Source: Eledone cirrhosa
Lineage: Eukaryota
Reading direction: 5' to 3'
DNA length: 64,000 nt
NCBI GenBank assembly: GCA_964016885.1
Contig: OZ024740.1
Span: forward strand, 67,084,001 to 67,148,000
Positions within the stretch are counted from its first letter, which is position 1. Each line of letters opens with the position of its first letter. Below are positions 1 to 13,700 of the stretch, one piece after another. The position numbers and the translations under genes were made by a program. The notes beneath the pieces are model-generated. The model did no database searches, was not told the origin of the DNA, and saw nothing but the letters and a program-made list of their open reading frames with translations.

Positions 1-3000
1 TGTTTATCTAGGGCCCTTCTAAATGTATAAGCTAATTCACCTCTAGGGGTTGTATCGATGAACATTACACTCTGGTATTTATTGCTATCATACCATGAGT
101 TTATTCTATTAGCCTTATTTCTAGTTCTTTCTATTCTATTCCAAAATTTGCTCCTATACAAGGGGCAGGTCCCATTTGTGTCATTATTTACCATTTTTTC
201 CCATTTGGTTCTGGCTCCTCTATACACTCTGATTTTATCTCTCTGATTGTAACCAGAGAACTGCATACGGTGGATGAAGTGTTGTATGTGTCTCTCTAGT
301 TCTTCGGGGTTGCACATGCGGGACGCGTTTCTCATCACCCGTACCAAATCCGCAATCAGTATGTTGATTTTGGTATGGTCCGAAACAGCTGAGTTTCGGT
401 GGATCAGATATTTGGAAGTCATGGGTTTGGCATGATGGGAATGGAGGATTTTTTTTTTGTTATTAATGGTATCTAACCAGAGCTCTGTATCTAGTATAGA
501 TAATCGATGGTTGGGGTGTTTGTTTGGGTAGTCTATAGTAACTCTAATACTCTGATGGACGGAGTTAGCTATTTGCTGGATTCTTTCCATTGTGTTTTTC
601 TCTAATTCCTGACTGTTCTCTAGTGGGTGTGTTTTAACTACGATGTTTATATCATCAACGTTGCGGGAGTACATTATCAGGGTTAAGAGGTCTTCTAATT
701 GTTATTTAAGTTTAAGTTTAAGTCTACTGTCCCACGATACCATGAATAAGTTAGCTATGTCGCCTGCAATGCTAACACCAATGGCTGCTCCCTCCTCTTG
801 GGCATATGTTTTTCCATTAAATTTGAAAATATGTTCCTTAAGGGTTAATTTTAAGCTGGCCCCACCGCATGTGCAATCATTTTCTTTAGTTCATCGTGAT
901 TTTCGGGGTCCGTATGGCTCTGGTCCACCCGTTCCATCTATCCGTGTGGGTTTTCTTGGCCATTGAAGTAATAGTAGGTGGTCAGCCTCTTGCTGATCTT
1001 GTAGGGCACAGGTTGCTAAGGTCATATGTGGCTAGATAATTATTGCTATAGGTAAGTTTAAGTAGGAGTCCCAGCTCACTGGTATCAATCCCACGGAATT
1101 CAACATTGCCCTCACTGATCATCTTTACGCATTTCTCCACAGCAAAATCCACGTCAATAGATGGATACAGGTAGACAACACCCATACTACCTATTATGCA
1201 GTTTGTTAGGTCCCCAGATCGGTTACTCTCGCCGATTCTGCTGAGGAGGTCCTCCGTGCTGTCACATACATTTGAGGACATTTCAATGATAGGGCGTATG
1301 ATCAGAGGGAGGAATTAGGACAGTCTGTCGTTACTAGCAATCTTAGCTCCACAGACTGGCCGTGTTGGTGCTCCCGTGACAGGGGCACTGCTCGTTTTAT
1401 GATCTTTTCGAAGCCCATACAACGCTGGAACGTCATTGTTCGAGGCCTGGAAGTTGTTGGCAGTCCTTTTGTTGGGCTGCATTATATTTGTCCACATCAC
1501 CGTATGGGCATTGAGGGCTTTTTCTCTATCCTATGCTCTTGTGGTGTTACTTCTCTTGTGTTAGTGATGTGGGGTTGCATTGCCTGGATGTAGTTTGGCA
1601 GACTGTCAACCGACATTCTGCCAGACTTGTCTGTTGGAAAGCATGCTATCTCTCCATTACGCGAGCACTGCATGAGCTTACGCAAGCCATTTGCAGATTT
1701 TTCTCCCAGTTGCTGGGCCTCCATTCTATTATGCTTCTTGCTATACTGTTCTATAATATTTCTAAGTTTAGATCTAGCTATACTAAATTGTGCTTCTGTT
1801 TGTTCATCGACCTGCGACGGCAATTGCGTGCGTTTGTTAAAAGCTAAAGTCGTGGCGTGGACTCGTCGCAAGTCGAACGACTACTCGGAGGGATTATAAA
1901 ATGTAGAGTTCCAGGCTGCTGCTTTATGTGTACTAGTGCTATTGTTATTGTTAGTTGTGTTGTTTCTATTTCTATTTCCACCAACAGCCTCATGGTTGTT
2001 TCTATGTCTCTCATTATTATTCTTGTCTCTTTCCTCTGGCTCATTGTTATTATCTACTCTATTTTGTGTGTCTGTGTGCTCGTCTTGGTTATTTTCTGTG
2101 TCCATAGTCTCCCTTCGCCTTTCAATCCTATTCCCTTCCCTTATTTCTGTGCTACTGTCATTACCTGTTTTCTGTGTCTGTGTGCTTGTTAAGATTGTGG
2201 TGGTGGTAAGAGGCATTAAATGTGTGTGTGTTGTTGTTGTTGTTGTTGTTGATGTGTGCTGTTGTTCATGTGTGTTGTTGTTGTTGTCTCCGTGTATGTT
2301 ATTATTGTTGTGTGCATTGTTATTGTTGTTTGTGTCTGCGTGTCTGTTGTTGTTGTTTCTGAGTATGTTATTATTGTTGATGTGTGTGTTGTTGTTATTG
2401 TTGTTTGTGTCTGTGTGTCTGTTGTTGTTTGGATGTGTGTTGTATATGTGTGTGCGTGTGTGTGTGCGTATGTTGTTACTTTTGTTTTTGTTTTTGTTTT
2501 TGAGGCTCCAACGTAATTGTGTAAATGATTTTTCTATTTCTGACAAGCATCTAATCATATTTACCTTGTTGTATGTGGCATACTTAGGCGGCAGTTGTAA
2601 TACAGATAATTCATCAGAGTCGACCGTAGTGTTGTCGTATATATTTGTGTTGTTGTTGTTGAATTCATCTGTTAATGAGATGTGGGCCATATTTATACTG
2701 TCAATTTTGTCGGGATATCTATTGATATTCTCTAAAGTATCTTCATTTAGTTTTATCTGTTTAAGCAACTTTAGTTTCTTGTTAAAGTGCTTGTCACATT
2801 CTTGAACAATGTACTGTTCTTCAGGACGTATAAGATTTATAAATATTAGTTTTTCTCTTGGTGTGGTCATCTTAGTTATTTCTTGTATTAGGTTAGGCTT
2901 ATGTCTTTCTTGATGGCCTAATTCCCTATAAATCTTCTTTTTTATGTTTAGAATTAGTTTTAGAATTATGTTTAGAATTAGTGTTAGCCTATCTGCTTGC

Positions 3001-3204
3001 TTTTTGGTGAGCTGTAAACTTCTTACATCGGTGTTGATGGTGTTGGTGTAAACTAGGGACGAGGCACATTCTTTTATGAAGTGTAGTTGTCGAGATGTTA
3101 TTGTTTTTCATAGACAACAGAACATGGTGGTTTTCAGTATCTTGTTAGCCTGGCTAAGGCTTACGATATTTCGTTTCTGAATTTGTTTAGCAAGATTCTT
3201 TATC
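1..3204 (-). mobile_element. Penelope-like element copy A (decayed; runs off the window start)
   Basis: Reverse complement of 3219-5820. Broken ORFs 1881..2870, 1497..1871, 1315..1500 and 982..1281 carry the PLE RT motifs (PALYGLRKDHK, PTRPVCG, LYPSID) and an Asn/Thr-rich low-complexity insert. Retains the N-terminal part (2628-3204) missing from copy B. Confidence 0.9.
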
Positions 3205-5150
3205 AGATAAAGAATCCGACGGTCGACTCAGATGAATTAAGTGTATTACAACTGCCGCCTAAGTATGCCACTTATAACAAGGTAAATATGATTAGATGCT
3301 TGTCAGAAATAGAAAAATCAAAAACAAAAACAAAAATAAAAACAAAAGTAACAACATACGCACACACACACACGCACACACATATACAACTCACATCCAA
3401 ACAACAACAGACACACAGACACAAACAACAATAACAACAACACACACATCAACAATAATAACTTACTCAGAAACAACAACAGACACGCAGACACAAACAA
3501 CAATAACAACACACACAACAATAATAACATACACGGAGACAACAGCAGCAACATACATGAACAACAGCACACATCAACAACAACAATAACAACAACACAC
3601 ACACATTCAATGCCTCTCAACACCACCACAATCTTAACAAACACAGACACAGAAAACAGGTAATGGCAGTAGCACAGAAAGAAGGGAAGGTAATAGGATT
3701 GAAAGTAGTAGGGAACTATGGACAGAGAAAATAACCAAGACGAACACACAGACACACAAAATAGAGTAGATAATAACAATGAGCCAGAGGAAAGAGACAG
3801 GAGTAATAATGGGAGACATAGAAACAACCATGAGGCTGTTGGTGGAAATAGAAATAGAAACAACACAACTAACAATAACAATAGCACTAGTACACATAAA
3901 GCAGCAGCCTGGAACTCTACTTTTTATAATCCCTCCGATAAGTCGTTCGATCTGCGATGAGTCCACGCCACGACTTTAGCTTTTAACAAACGCACGCAAT
4001 TGCCGTCGCAGGTCGATGAACAAACAGAAGCACAATTTAGTATAGCTAGATCTAAACTTAGAAATATTATAGAACAGTATAGCAAGAAGCATAATAGAAT
4101 GGAGGCCCAGCAACTGGGAGAAAAATCTGCAAATGGTTTGCGTAAGCTCATGCAGCGCTCGCGTAATGGAGAGACAGCAAGCTTTCCAACAGACAAGTCT
4201 GGCAGAATGTCGGTTGACAGTCTGCCAAACTACATCCAGGCAATGCAACCCCACATCACTAACACAAGAGAAGTAACACCACAAGAGCATAGGATAGAGA
4301 AAAAGCCCTCAATGCCCATATGGTGATGTGGACAAATATAATGCAGCCCAACAAAACGCCTGCCAACAACTTCCAGGCCTGGAACAATGACGTTCCAGCG
4401 TTGTATGGGCTTCGAAAAGATAATAAAATGAGCAGTGACCTTGTCTCGGGAGCACCAACACGGCCAGTCTGTGGAATTAACATTGCTAGTAACTACAGAC
4501 TGTCCTACTTCCTCTCCCTGATCATACGTCCCATCATTGAAATGTCCCCAGATATATGTGACAGCACGGAGGACCTCCTCAGCAGAATCGGCGAGAGTAA
4601 CCGATCTAGGGACCTAACAAACTGCATAAAAGGTAGTATGGATGTTGTGTCCATGTATCCATCTATTGACGTGGATTTTGCTGTGGAGAAATGCGTAGAA
4701 ATGATCAGTGAGAGCAATGTTGAATTCCGTGGGATTGATACCAGTGAGCTGGGACTCCTACTTAAACTTAACTATAGTAATAATTATCTAGACACATATG
4801 ACCTTAGCAACCTGTGCCCTACAAGACCAGCAAGAGGCAGACCACCTACCATTACCTCAATGGCCAAGAAAACCCACACGGATAGATGGAACGGGTGGAC
4901 CAGAGCCATACGGATACCCGAAAACCACGATGAACTACAGAAAATGATTGCACATGCGGTGGGGGCCAGCATACAATTAACCCTTACGGAACATATGTTC
5001 AAATTTAATGGAAAAACATATGCCCAAGAGGAGGGAGCAACCTTTGGTGTTAGCATTGCAGGCGACATAGCTAACTTATTCATGGTATCGTGGGACAGTA
5101 GACTTAAACTTAAACTTAAATAACAATTAGAAGACCCCTTAACCCTGATA

Positions 5151-6293
5151 ATGTACTCCCGCTACGTTGATGATATATATATCGTAGTTAAAACACCCCC
5201 ACTAGAGAACTGTCAGGAATTAGAGAAAAACACAATGGAAAGAACCCAGCAAATAGCTAACTCCATCCACCAGAGTATTAGAGTTACTATAGTCTACCCA
5301 AGCAAACACCTCAACCATCGATTACCTGTACTAGACACAGAGCTCTGGTTAGATACCATTAATAACAAAAAACAAATCCTCCATCCCCATTATGACAAAC
5401 CCATGACTTCCAAATATCTGATCCACCGAAACTCAGCTGTTTCGGACCATACCAAAATCAACATACTGATTGCGGATTTGGTACGGGTGATGAGAAACGC
5501 GTCCCGCATGTGCATCCCCGAAGAATTAGAGAGACACATACAACACTTCATCCACCGTATGCAGTTCTCTGGTTACAATCAGAGAGATAGAATCAAAGTG
5601 TATAGAGGAGCCAGAACTAAATGGGAAAAAATGGTAAATAATGACACAAATGGGACATGCCCATTGTATAGGGGCAAATATTGGAATAGAATAGAAAGAA
5701 CTAGGAATAAGGCTAATAGAATAAACTCATGGTATGATAGCAATAAATACCAGAGTGTAATGTTCATCGATACAACCCCTAGAGGTGAATTAGCTTACAA
5801 ATTTAGAAGGGCCCTAGATAAACATAAACTCAATATTAAGATAGTAGAAAGACCAGGTACCTCCATAAAAACACTTATTAGCAAGACATACCCTTTTCAA
5901 AGACCTCCCTGTATAGATAAGAAATGTATAATCTGTAAATTAAGCCCCCATATTAACTGTAAAGCTAGAAATGTAGTATATAGCATAAGATGTAGTGAAG
6001 GACAATGTAGAGATAAAAATATAGTGTACCTAGGTGAGACAGCTCGTAGTATAGGGGAACGGATAAATGAACACTGGCGAGAGCTTCAAGATAGTAAAGA
6101 ATCATCTGTACTCTACCAACATGCTAAAATAGAACATAAGGATAAATTAGAGAACATAGAAATAAAAATAGAATCTACACACAGAAAAGACGCAATGTTT
6201 AGACAAATCACAGAGGCAATAAACATAAATGAATTACAACCAAAATTAAATAGAAAACATGAGTGGAACAGCAACATCACAACTTACAATTAA
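5151..6293 (+). pseudogene. PLE RT C-terminal half/thumb + GIY-YIG endonuclease (fragment of an interrupted ORF)
   Basis: YSRYVDD catalytic motif, VVY...YLGET GIY-YIG motif, terminal EA..I....P.LN. Separated from the upstream RT part by TAA at 5121-5123. Confidence 0.85.
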
Positions 6294-6494
6294 GGACAAA
6301 ATGAAAACACACACGCACATAGAACAAACAACCAACCAGTAACATGTAAATGAACAAATAAATAAACGAATATAAACACACACAGACACCCGGATATAAC
6401 ACATGCGCAAACTAAGCACACAACACACACACAAAAACAAGATGGCATAGGACAGAACAAAGGAGAGGCACAAAAAACAAAGAAAAGAAGCCCC

Positions 6495-6538
6495 AGTCAC
6501 TGAAGAGGTCACATAATGTGTGACGAAAGAACTTTGAT
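6495..6538 (+). ncRNA. Hammerhead ribozyme-like motif (type I, minimal helix III) in the PLE 3' repeat
   Basis: gtca-CTGAAGA-g-gtcaca(taatg)tgtgac-GAAA-gaac-TT-tgat. Helix I is gtca/tgay and helix II is 6 bp. Same motif at 40902-40944 (-) and 42530-42568 (+, core mutated). Confidence 0.55.
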
Positions 6539-6687
6539 AATATATAAACAACCATCTGGTTGTGGAACCAACCAACCAACCAACCGGAAATTTATAAATT
6601 CCTAAATTTATAAATGTATTATAATAAATTGAAGTGAAACAACTGGTGCGTGTGTTTCTTATTGCCAACATGACCCTCCCAAAGTAT

Positions 6688-6692
<5 letters not shown>

Positions 6693-6764
<72 letters not shown>

Positions 6765-6765
6765 C

Positions 6766-6862
<97 letters not shown>
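6693..6862. repeat. (TA)n(TG)n microsatellite
   Basis: Direct reading. Confidence 0.97.
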
Positions 6863-6864
<2 letters not shown>

Positions 6865-6869
6865 TATTC

Positions 6870-9800
6870 TAGTTTTATTTTATATATTCTTCCCTTTAGA
6901 GAGAGAGAAAGTCGGTTTATTAACATAGAAACAAGTCATTTTCATCTGAAGTTAGATATCAATTAGGTATGTATGTATGTGTTTGGGTGCATGTATGGGT
7001 GGTATTACATGTGTACATTCCAATGCTTTGATTTATATGTGTACTGGTGCATAGGTTTCTGTGTCTAGAATGTTCATATGCAGTTATAACTTGCTGAATT
7101 TCTTAAATGTGTTACATATTTTTACATTTCCACTAATGTATTGAAGTTGCCCGGTTCTTTCTGGTTTTAGCAAGTTTAGCTCCTCGAGATATGTATTGAG
7201 GTATTGAGTAACGAACCACATAGCCTCAATGATCACAGCTACTGAAGGTATAGTCAAGATGCAGTATCTGCAGTTTAGTTAAGCATAAATGTTCTATTTT
7301 CACTAAACTTTAGCAGTATGTACACATTTAGTGGGCACCTAATTTCGATTACTGAGCATGCCTTCATGATGCAATTTATTCTGGTTTGACTGGAATATTA
7401 TATCAGTACTCTTTCATATTACGTATGTATATACTCTACATGTGACTATAAATTATTATACGTTTATACTCAGGGCTATCCTTACTACCGATTGTTTTGA
7501 ATAGTATTTTAGCCACTACATTATGCCTGATAGGCAGATAGTATCATAAGAACATCGTTGACCAGCTGTTTCTTCGGTGTTTATTCCGCAATCTACATCT
7601 GTTGTCACATCTATGTGCTTTGCCTGCAACCATATCTATTTTGTCCATTAGGTATTTCGTTGTTTTGCCTGTACTTGAATTTCAAAAGCATATCTCTCAA
7701 AATGGGAGCCGAGATCCTGGTTGTTGGTCTAAAATAGACTGCATTGTGAAGACTTTTGGCTACATAGTCATGCATTATATTTTTGCTGATGAGCATTTAG
7801 TCTTTCATTCATGGATTTATTGCGTTATTACTGTGCAATTTCACTGGTTGTGAAATTATGGTTATTATAATAGAAGTATTTCTCAAGTAGCTCCTCCACA
7901 AACTTTCATGATATTATCTGACACATGTGGAGAGAGCGGTTCTATAGATGGGCTTCTACACTTTGAGGTTCTGTAGATCTCGGAGGGATATAATGCAACA
8001 CTCAAATGCTGCCTGGATTGATGTTAAGTTTCTGTGCTCTATGTCACTGCCGATGGGGAAATTTCCGGTGATATGTAGAACTTTTCGAGTTTTAAAATCA
8101 ATGGTTCGGATCCCATCTAGTATCCATTTAATTAGTCCAAATTTTGGTCTTAGCACAAGCCTAGCAAAGACTGATTTATTATGCGCAGAGAGTTCAGAGG
8201 ATCATATCGTTCTTATTCGGCTGTTATAATCCCTGGATACACGTTCCTATTTACACATTCCATCATAGGATATATTGTCATCTATCACTAAGTATCTGTA
8301 ACAATCTCCATTAGATACCGCAGAAACAATCAGACCATTGATAGAGATGTTGCTAGATTGCCTTGTAGTTTGTTCTCGTTTTACAATCATATAGGAATAT
8401 TTTTCCACGTTAAACTCCATTCCTATATCTTTATAACCTATATCTTTATAACCAGGACAATGTATTTTCGTACCATTTATATTCTTAACTTAAAGTTTCA
8501 GGGGATCAACAAAGAAGTTATGTTTCTGTTTCTGGCCTCTTGTAAACCAATTACATATCCTTCATATGTCTTCGTTTTTCGGCATAAAGGATTAGGTGGT
8601 TACTGACATTATATATAGCATCATATAGAGAGTGTGTCTTGGAATATTCCCCTGCGATATTCTATTTTATCAGTGAAAATAAAGTCCTCTTTTTCTGCAT
8701 TTAACTTTAGGATACCGACTGAGGTATAATTTACGTTCTCTATAGCTCTGCTTATAATAACTGAGACTCTAGCTGGTTGAAGAGTCTCACATCGAAGAGC
8801 GGGGAACAGAATCGAATGCTTTCCTGTTGTCCATCCAGACTGTAACCAACTTCCTCCTATATCGCCGTATTTCTAACATCATGGTTTAGTTAATTACGAG
8901 TTGCTCAGCACACCCCCAATCTCTTTTCTTCCCAGCTGATTGCTCATCTGTGATGATATTATTATTGTAACAGTATACAGACAACCTGTTTACATTTTAT
9001 ACATTATCGTACATATTTTCTGTCATGCAACAAGTCGGTAGTTTATTACCAAATGGGTTTCTTTGTTTTGACGGACCACATTTTTTCCTGCTAAAGTAAA
9101 CAAGCTTAGTATATGTGCAGCCTCAGTGAGAGCTCACTGGTAAAGATTGATGAGATAAATCCGATAGAAACTCAGTTGCTTATACCAGAAGCCGACAGCG
9201 AAGTCTATTCCTGGTGCTTTCTTACTTTGAAAATGTCCTATTACAGTCTCAAGAGTATCGACATTTATGTTGTATGCTTTTGGAGTAATGCAGATCTCTT
9301 TCAACCGCACTGCATCTTGTCTATGTGATTCTGGGATGGGGTTGCAGTATCACTTATTGATTACTCCTTCATATCCCTATTAACTGATGTTTACTTTCGA
9401 CTGAATCTATTATTAATTATTTTTCTGATATCAGAGTTCTCACTGACAGCTCCCAATTCCTGTTTCAGGGTGGCCAACTTGTTTTAAAATGTTTCGCTTA
9501 TACTGTCTCCAAATGTCGTTCCTATTTCATTTTGCAGTCTTTGTTGATGAGGTGTGTTTTTGTATTTTGTTCTTGTTTACATTTGATAAGCAGTGTTAAA
9601 TGACCGATAGATTTTCGTAGGTCAGCGATCTATTTTTCTATTTTTGAAATATAGGATGGCTTATTGTGTGGACTATTTTTTCTGTTAACATCTCTATTAT
9701 CACCAAGATAATGCTTCACTGTCTCTAATAAAACATAGGCATACGTTATTTGCCAAAATGTAGAGGCTTCAATTTGTTATACACTTCATCAATCGCAAGC

Positions 9801-10680
9801 AGAATTTCGTTATTTAGTTTCTTGTTTAATATTGTCATTTTATGTATTTTACCGAAATAATATTTGATACATTAATTAATCTCTATTTGGAAAATTTCAC
9901 TAAGGATATATTTTATCTATCTGTACCCTTTATTTCCCCAGCAAATTGTAGACATATTGTCATTGACGGCATTTTGATGTAGATGTTTATCGGTGCTACG
10001 AGATATATCAGTCAAACTAAAGTCTATAAGACTCGTGATGTTACATTTGTCTCCGGCATGGCTATTTCAAGAGATTGTTTGTGTATTGTGCTTGGTTGTT
10101 GTTTATGGCTGTTCTTTATAAGGGTTTCACAGTTGCCTTATTGTTTGAGTAATGTTTATGTTATTTTTACGCCCGACAAACCTTGCTTGTTCCCGTAATT
10201 GTTCGGCTGTGAAATAGTTTAGATCTGGGTAATGTTCGTTCAAGTGTAGTTACATTCTATTAATATAGCCAACAAAGGGATCCTTTTTGCTATTTAATAA
10301 CAATTAAATAGTTAGTTATTGAGTTCGTAACTCCAAGAAAATTGTGATTTATAATTTCGGTTCCTTCTGTAACTACAATTAAAAATATTCTGTTTACATT
10401 TGTCGTTGTTATTTATCTCCGATTTTTCACTTGTTTTGTTGATGTTGATGTGTTTGTGTTCTGCCATGTTGTTTGTAACACATCCTTGTAAGATGAACTC
10501 TACGTTTAGACGGATATCTCTACGATTTAGAATAAAATGTCTTCAGTGAATATCACCAGAAGAATATATAGTGAGTTAGCAAGGCTGATGGTTGTGGCAT
10601 TACTGTTGTAGAGGATATTCATCTTAAATTTAATGTATTATCTTCTGGCCATATTTACGATTGCTCGCATTTAGTGACGT
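6870..10680 (-). mobile_element. R4/Dong-like non-LTR retrotransposon, heavily decayed
   Basis: Collinear with 10790-14600 and with a similar 3' end (gagagaaagtcggttt..taacataga.acaa). Minus-strand remnants include LRPKFGLIKW..D.IRTID.KTRKVL...GNF, RKAFDSVP and IEYRRGIFQ. Bounded by (TG)n and (GTAT)n. Confidence 0.75.
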
Positions 10681-10695
10681 GTGTATGTATGTATG

Positions 10696-10761
<66 letters not shown>

Positions 10762-10787
10762 TGTATGTATGTATGTATGTATGTATG
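10681..10787. repeat. (GTAT)n microsatellite between two Dong-like copies
   Basis: Direct reading. Confidence 0.95.
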
Positions 10788-10789
10788 TT

Positions 10790-13700
10790 CTTCTGGTTTT
10801 ATAATTTCACAAAGTGTTACCAATAGCGAGAGAGTCGGTTTCTAACATAGACACAATACTCTCTCATTGGAATTTACACAACATCAACTAGGTAGATATG
10901 TATGCATGCATGTGTAGATATGGATGTTATTGTATGTGTGGATGTGGATGTTTTGAGTTGAATGTGTGCATGTATATATGCTTTGCATCTGTACATGTGT
11001 ATATGCAGTTATTAGATGCAACATCTTTGGAATGTTTTACATATTTTTACTGTTCCATTAATGGATTGTACTTGTAATTTCCTAACTAGTTGTGTTCTTT
11101 CTGTTCCTGTGAAGCCAAGCTTCTCAAGATTTGTATTGAGGCAGTTACTAACATACCCCAGTGCACCAATAATCACAGGTATAAATCTGAATGTGTAATC
11201 AGGGTGGAGTATCTGCAGATTTCTCATCAGTTATGCATACATATTCTCCTTTTCACTAATCTTTGATATTATATTGGCATCTGCTGGGCAGCTAATTTCC
11301 ACTAGTGTGCATGCTTTCTTCTCCCATCTCATATCATAATATCTGGTCTGTTATGCCTGCATTTTATTGGGGTTTTTACTGGAACATTCCACCAGTACAC
11401 TTTCATATTATGTACATGGATCTCAAAGTGTGAGCCAATATAGCCGTTGTTGGTCCAAGATAGACTACTTTCCTTATCTATAATACTCTCACTCTGGAGC
11501 TTCCTGGCAACATATCCATGAATGATTTTTTGCAGATAAGTATGCAGCTTTTCATCCATGGATTCACTGCGATACTGCTGAGCGACATCCCTGGGTGTGA
11601 GTTTTTGATTATAACACAGGGAATATCTCTCAAGGAGTTGCTTCCCAACTCTCATGATCTTATCTGTTTCATGCAGATAGACTTGCTCGAGAAACTGGCT
11701 CCTACGCTTCGAGGTTCGTAGATGTTGTCGGAGATATATGATGCGATATTCAAATGTTGGCTGGACTGATGTTAGGAGTGCCTCCCTGCTTACGTTTCAA
11801 GTAAAGGCGGTCTATGTCACTGTTGGTGTGGAAGTTTCCGGTGTTGTTTAGTATTTTTCGAGTTCCAACATCAACTGCTCGTATTTCGTATATCGTCCAA
11901 TTGAGTATTCCAAACGTTGGTGTTAGGACAGGCACAGAAAACACGTTGTAAGCCACTGTTTTGTTTTGCGCAGAGAGTTCCGATTACCAGATCTTTCTTA
12001 ATCGCGTGTAGTATTCCCTGGTTACACGCTCTTTATTACAGATACCATTATAGGATATGTTCTCATCTATCCCCAGGTATCTGTAGCAGTCCTCATCAGA
12101 TATCGGTGAAACAGTAGGCCATTAAGACAATGTTGCTAGGTTGGGTTGTTGTTTTTCCCCGCTTTACAGTCATGTATGAGCATTCATCGTGGCCAAACTC
12201 CATTCCTATATCCTTTGAGAAAGTTGTAACCAGGTCAAGATATTTCTTCATCCCATCCATTTTCTTGGCATAGAGTTTCAGATCGTCCACAAAGAAATTA
12301 TGGGTTAGGTTCGTATTTCTGTCCTCCTGTGAGCCAATGATGTATCCCTCACATTTCTTGAGCAGAACGGACAAGGGGTTTAATGACAAGATGAATAATA
12401 TCACAGAAAGACTGTCCCCTTGAAATATACAACTGCAATATTTTATTTTATCAGTGAAAATAGAATCCCCCCTCTCTGTCTTTAACCTTAGGATAGTAGC
12501 CCAAAAAGAAGACAGCCTCTCTATGGCTCTGACAATAATGTCTGGAACTTTAGCAAGTTGGAGGGCCTCTATCATCCCAAAGTGGCGAACAGAATCGAAA
12601 GCTTTCCTGTAGTCCAGCCAGACTGTAGCCATATTCCTCCTCATTGTCGCACCCATCGCAGTTTTGTTGATTAGGAGTTGTTCAGCACATCCCCAAACAC
12701 CTTTCTTTCCAGCTACTTGTTCATCTGTGATGATGTTATTATTTTCACAGTGATCTTGGAGGAATAGGTTCAGGCATGCTGTATACATCTTATACATCAG
12801 GTTCTGGCATGCAATGGGTCAGTAGTTTTTTGCCAAGTGGGGTCCTTTGTTCTTGGGGACCAGTAATGTTTGTGCTAATGTCAACCATTCTGGTATAAGT
12901 GTATCTCGCTTAAGAACTTGTTGCTAGAGGTCAGTAAGATACCTCAGATAGAATATCAGTAGTTTGTACCAGTAGCCGACAATCATGTCTCTTCCTGGTG
13001 TCTTCTTATCTTGGAGTTTTCCTATCACAGTTTCTTGGGTACCCTCACTTATTTCGCATGTTTTTGTTGTAGTGTAGGAGCAATAGTTCTTTCGGATTTC
13101 TCTTAGCCACACTGCATCTTGGTTGAAATTCTTCTTTTCACCCCATATTTTGCTCCAAAAGGAATCTATGTCTTTCTGGGATGGGGCACATTGACACTTA
13201 TTATTTTGCCCTTCATATCTCTATAGACTGATGTTTGGTTTCGTCTGACTTTTTATTAAGCACTTTTCTCTCATCTATCTTCTTAAGGTATCGGCGTTTT
13301 TCGCTAACAGCTCTCAATTCTTGTTTGAGGGTGATCAGCTTATATTGGAGATGTCTGGTTCTACTGTTACCAAACATCGTCTCTATTTTATTTTTCACTC
13401 TTTGTTGGTGAGGAGTGATGTTTTTTTTGTGTTTGTTTGCATCTAAGGAGCATTGTCACATATCCTATGTTTTTTCGAAGGTCAGCAATCTTTTTTCTAT
13501 TTTAGTTATATATGATGGTATTTTTAGTGGTGTTTTGTTCTTGTTAATATCTCTGCTATCACCAAGATAATGCTTGACTGTCGTTGCTAAGGCATATAAA
13601 CAGGCGTCGATTTGCCAAAATGTTGGGGTTCTTAACCGTCGTAAATATGCATCCCATATTTCGTCAATAACACGTAATATTTCATTATTTTGTTTTTTAT

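Larger units (their letters stand above)
3219..6692 (+). mobile_element. Penelope-like element copy B (5'-truncated RT + GIY-YIG, with 3' UTR/pseudo-LTR)
   Basis: ORF 4320..5123 (SMDVVSMYPSID, QEEGATFGVSIAGDIANLFM) and ORF 5151..6293 (RYVDD, LPVLD, Cys cluster CIDKKCIIC, NVVYSIRC...YLGETARSIGERINEH = GIY-YIG). Ends in (TA)n(TG)n. Confidence 0.92.

Noticed and set aside
1936-2805. 289-aa hydrophobic ORF resembling a membrane protein
   Set aside because: Antisense of the Asn/Thr-rich low-complexity part of the PLE ORF
3958-3960. In-frame TGA as selenocysteine/readthrough in the PLE ORF
   Set aside because: The mirrored copy has CGA, so this is ordinary CpG decay
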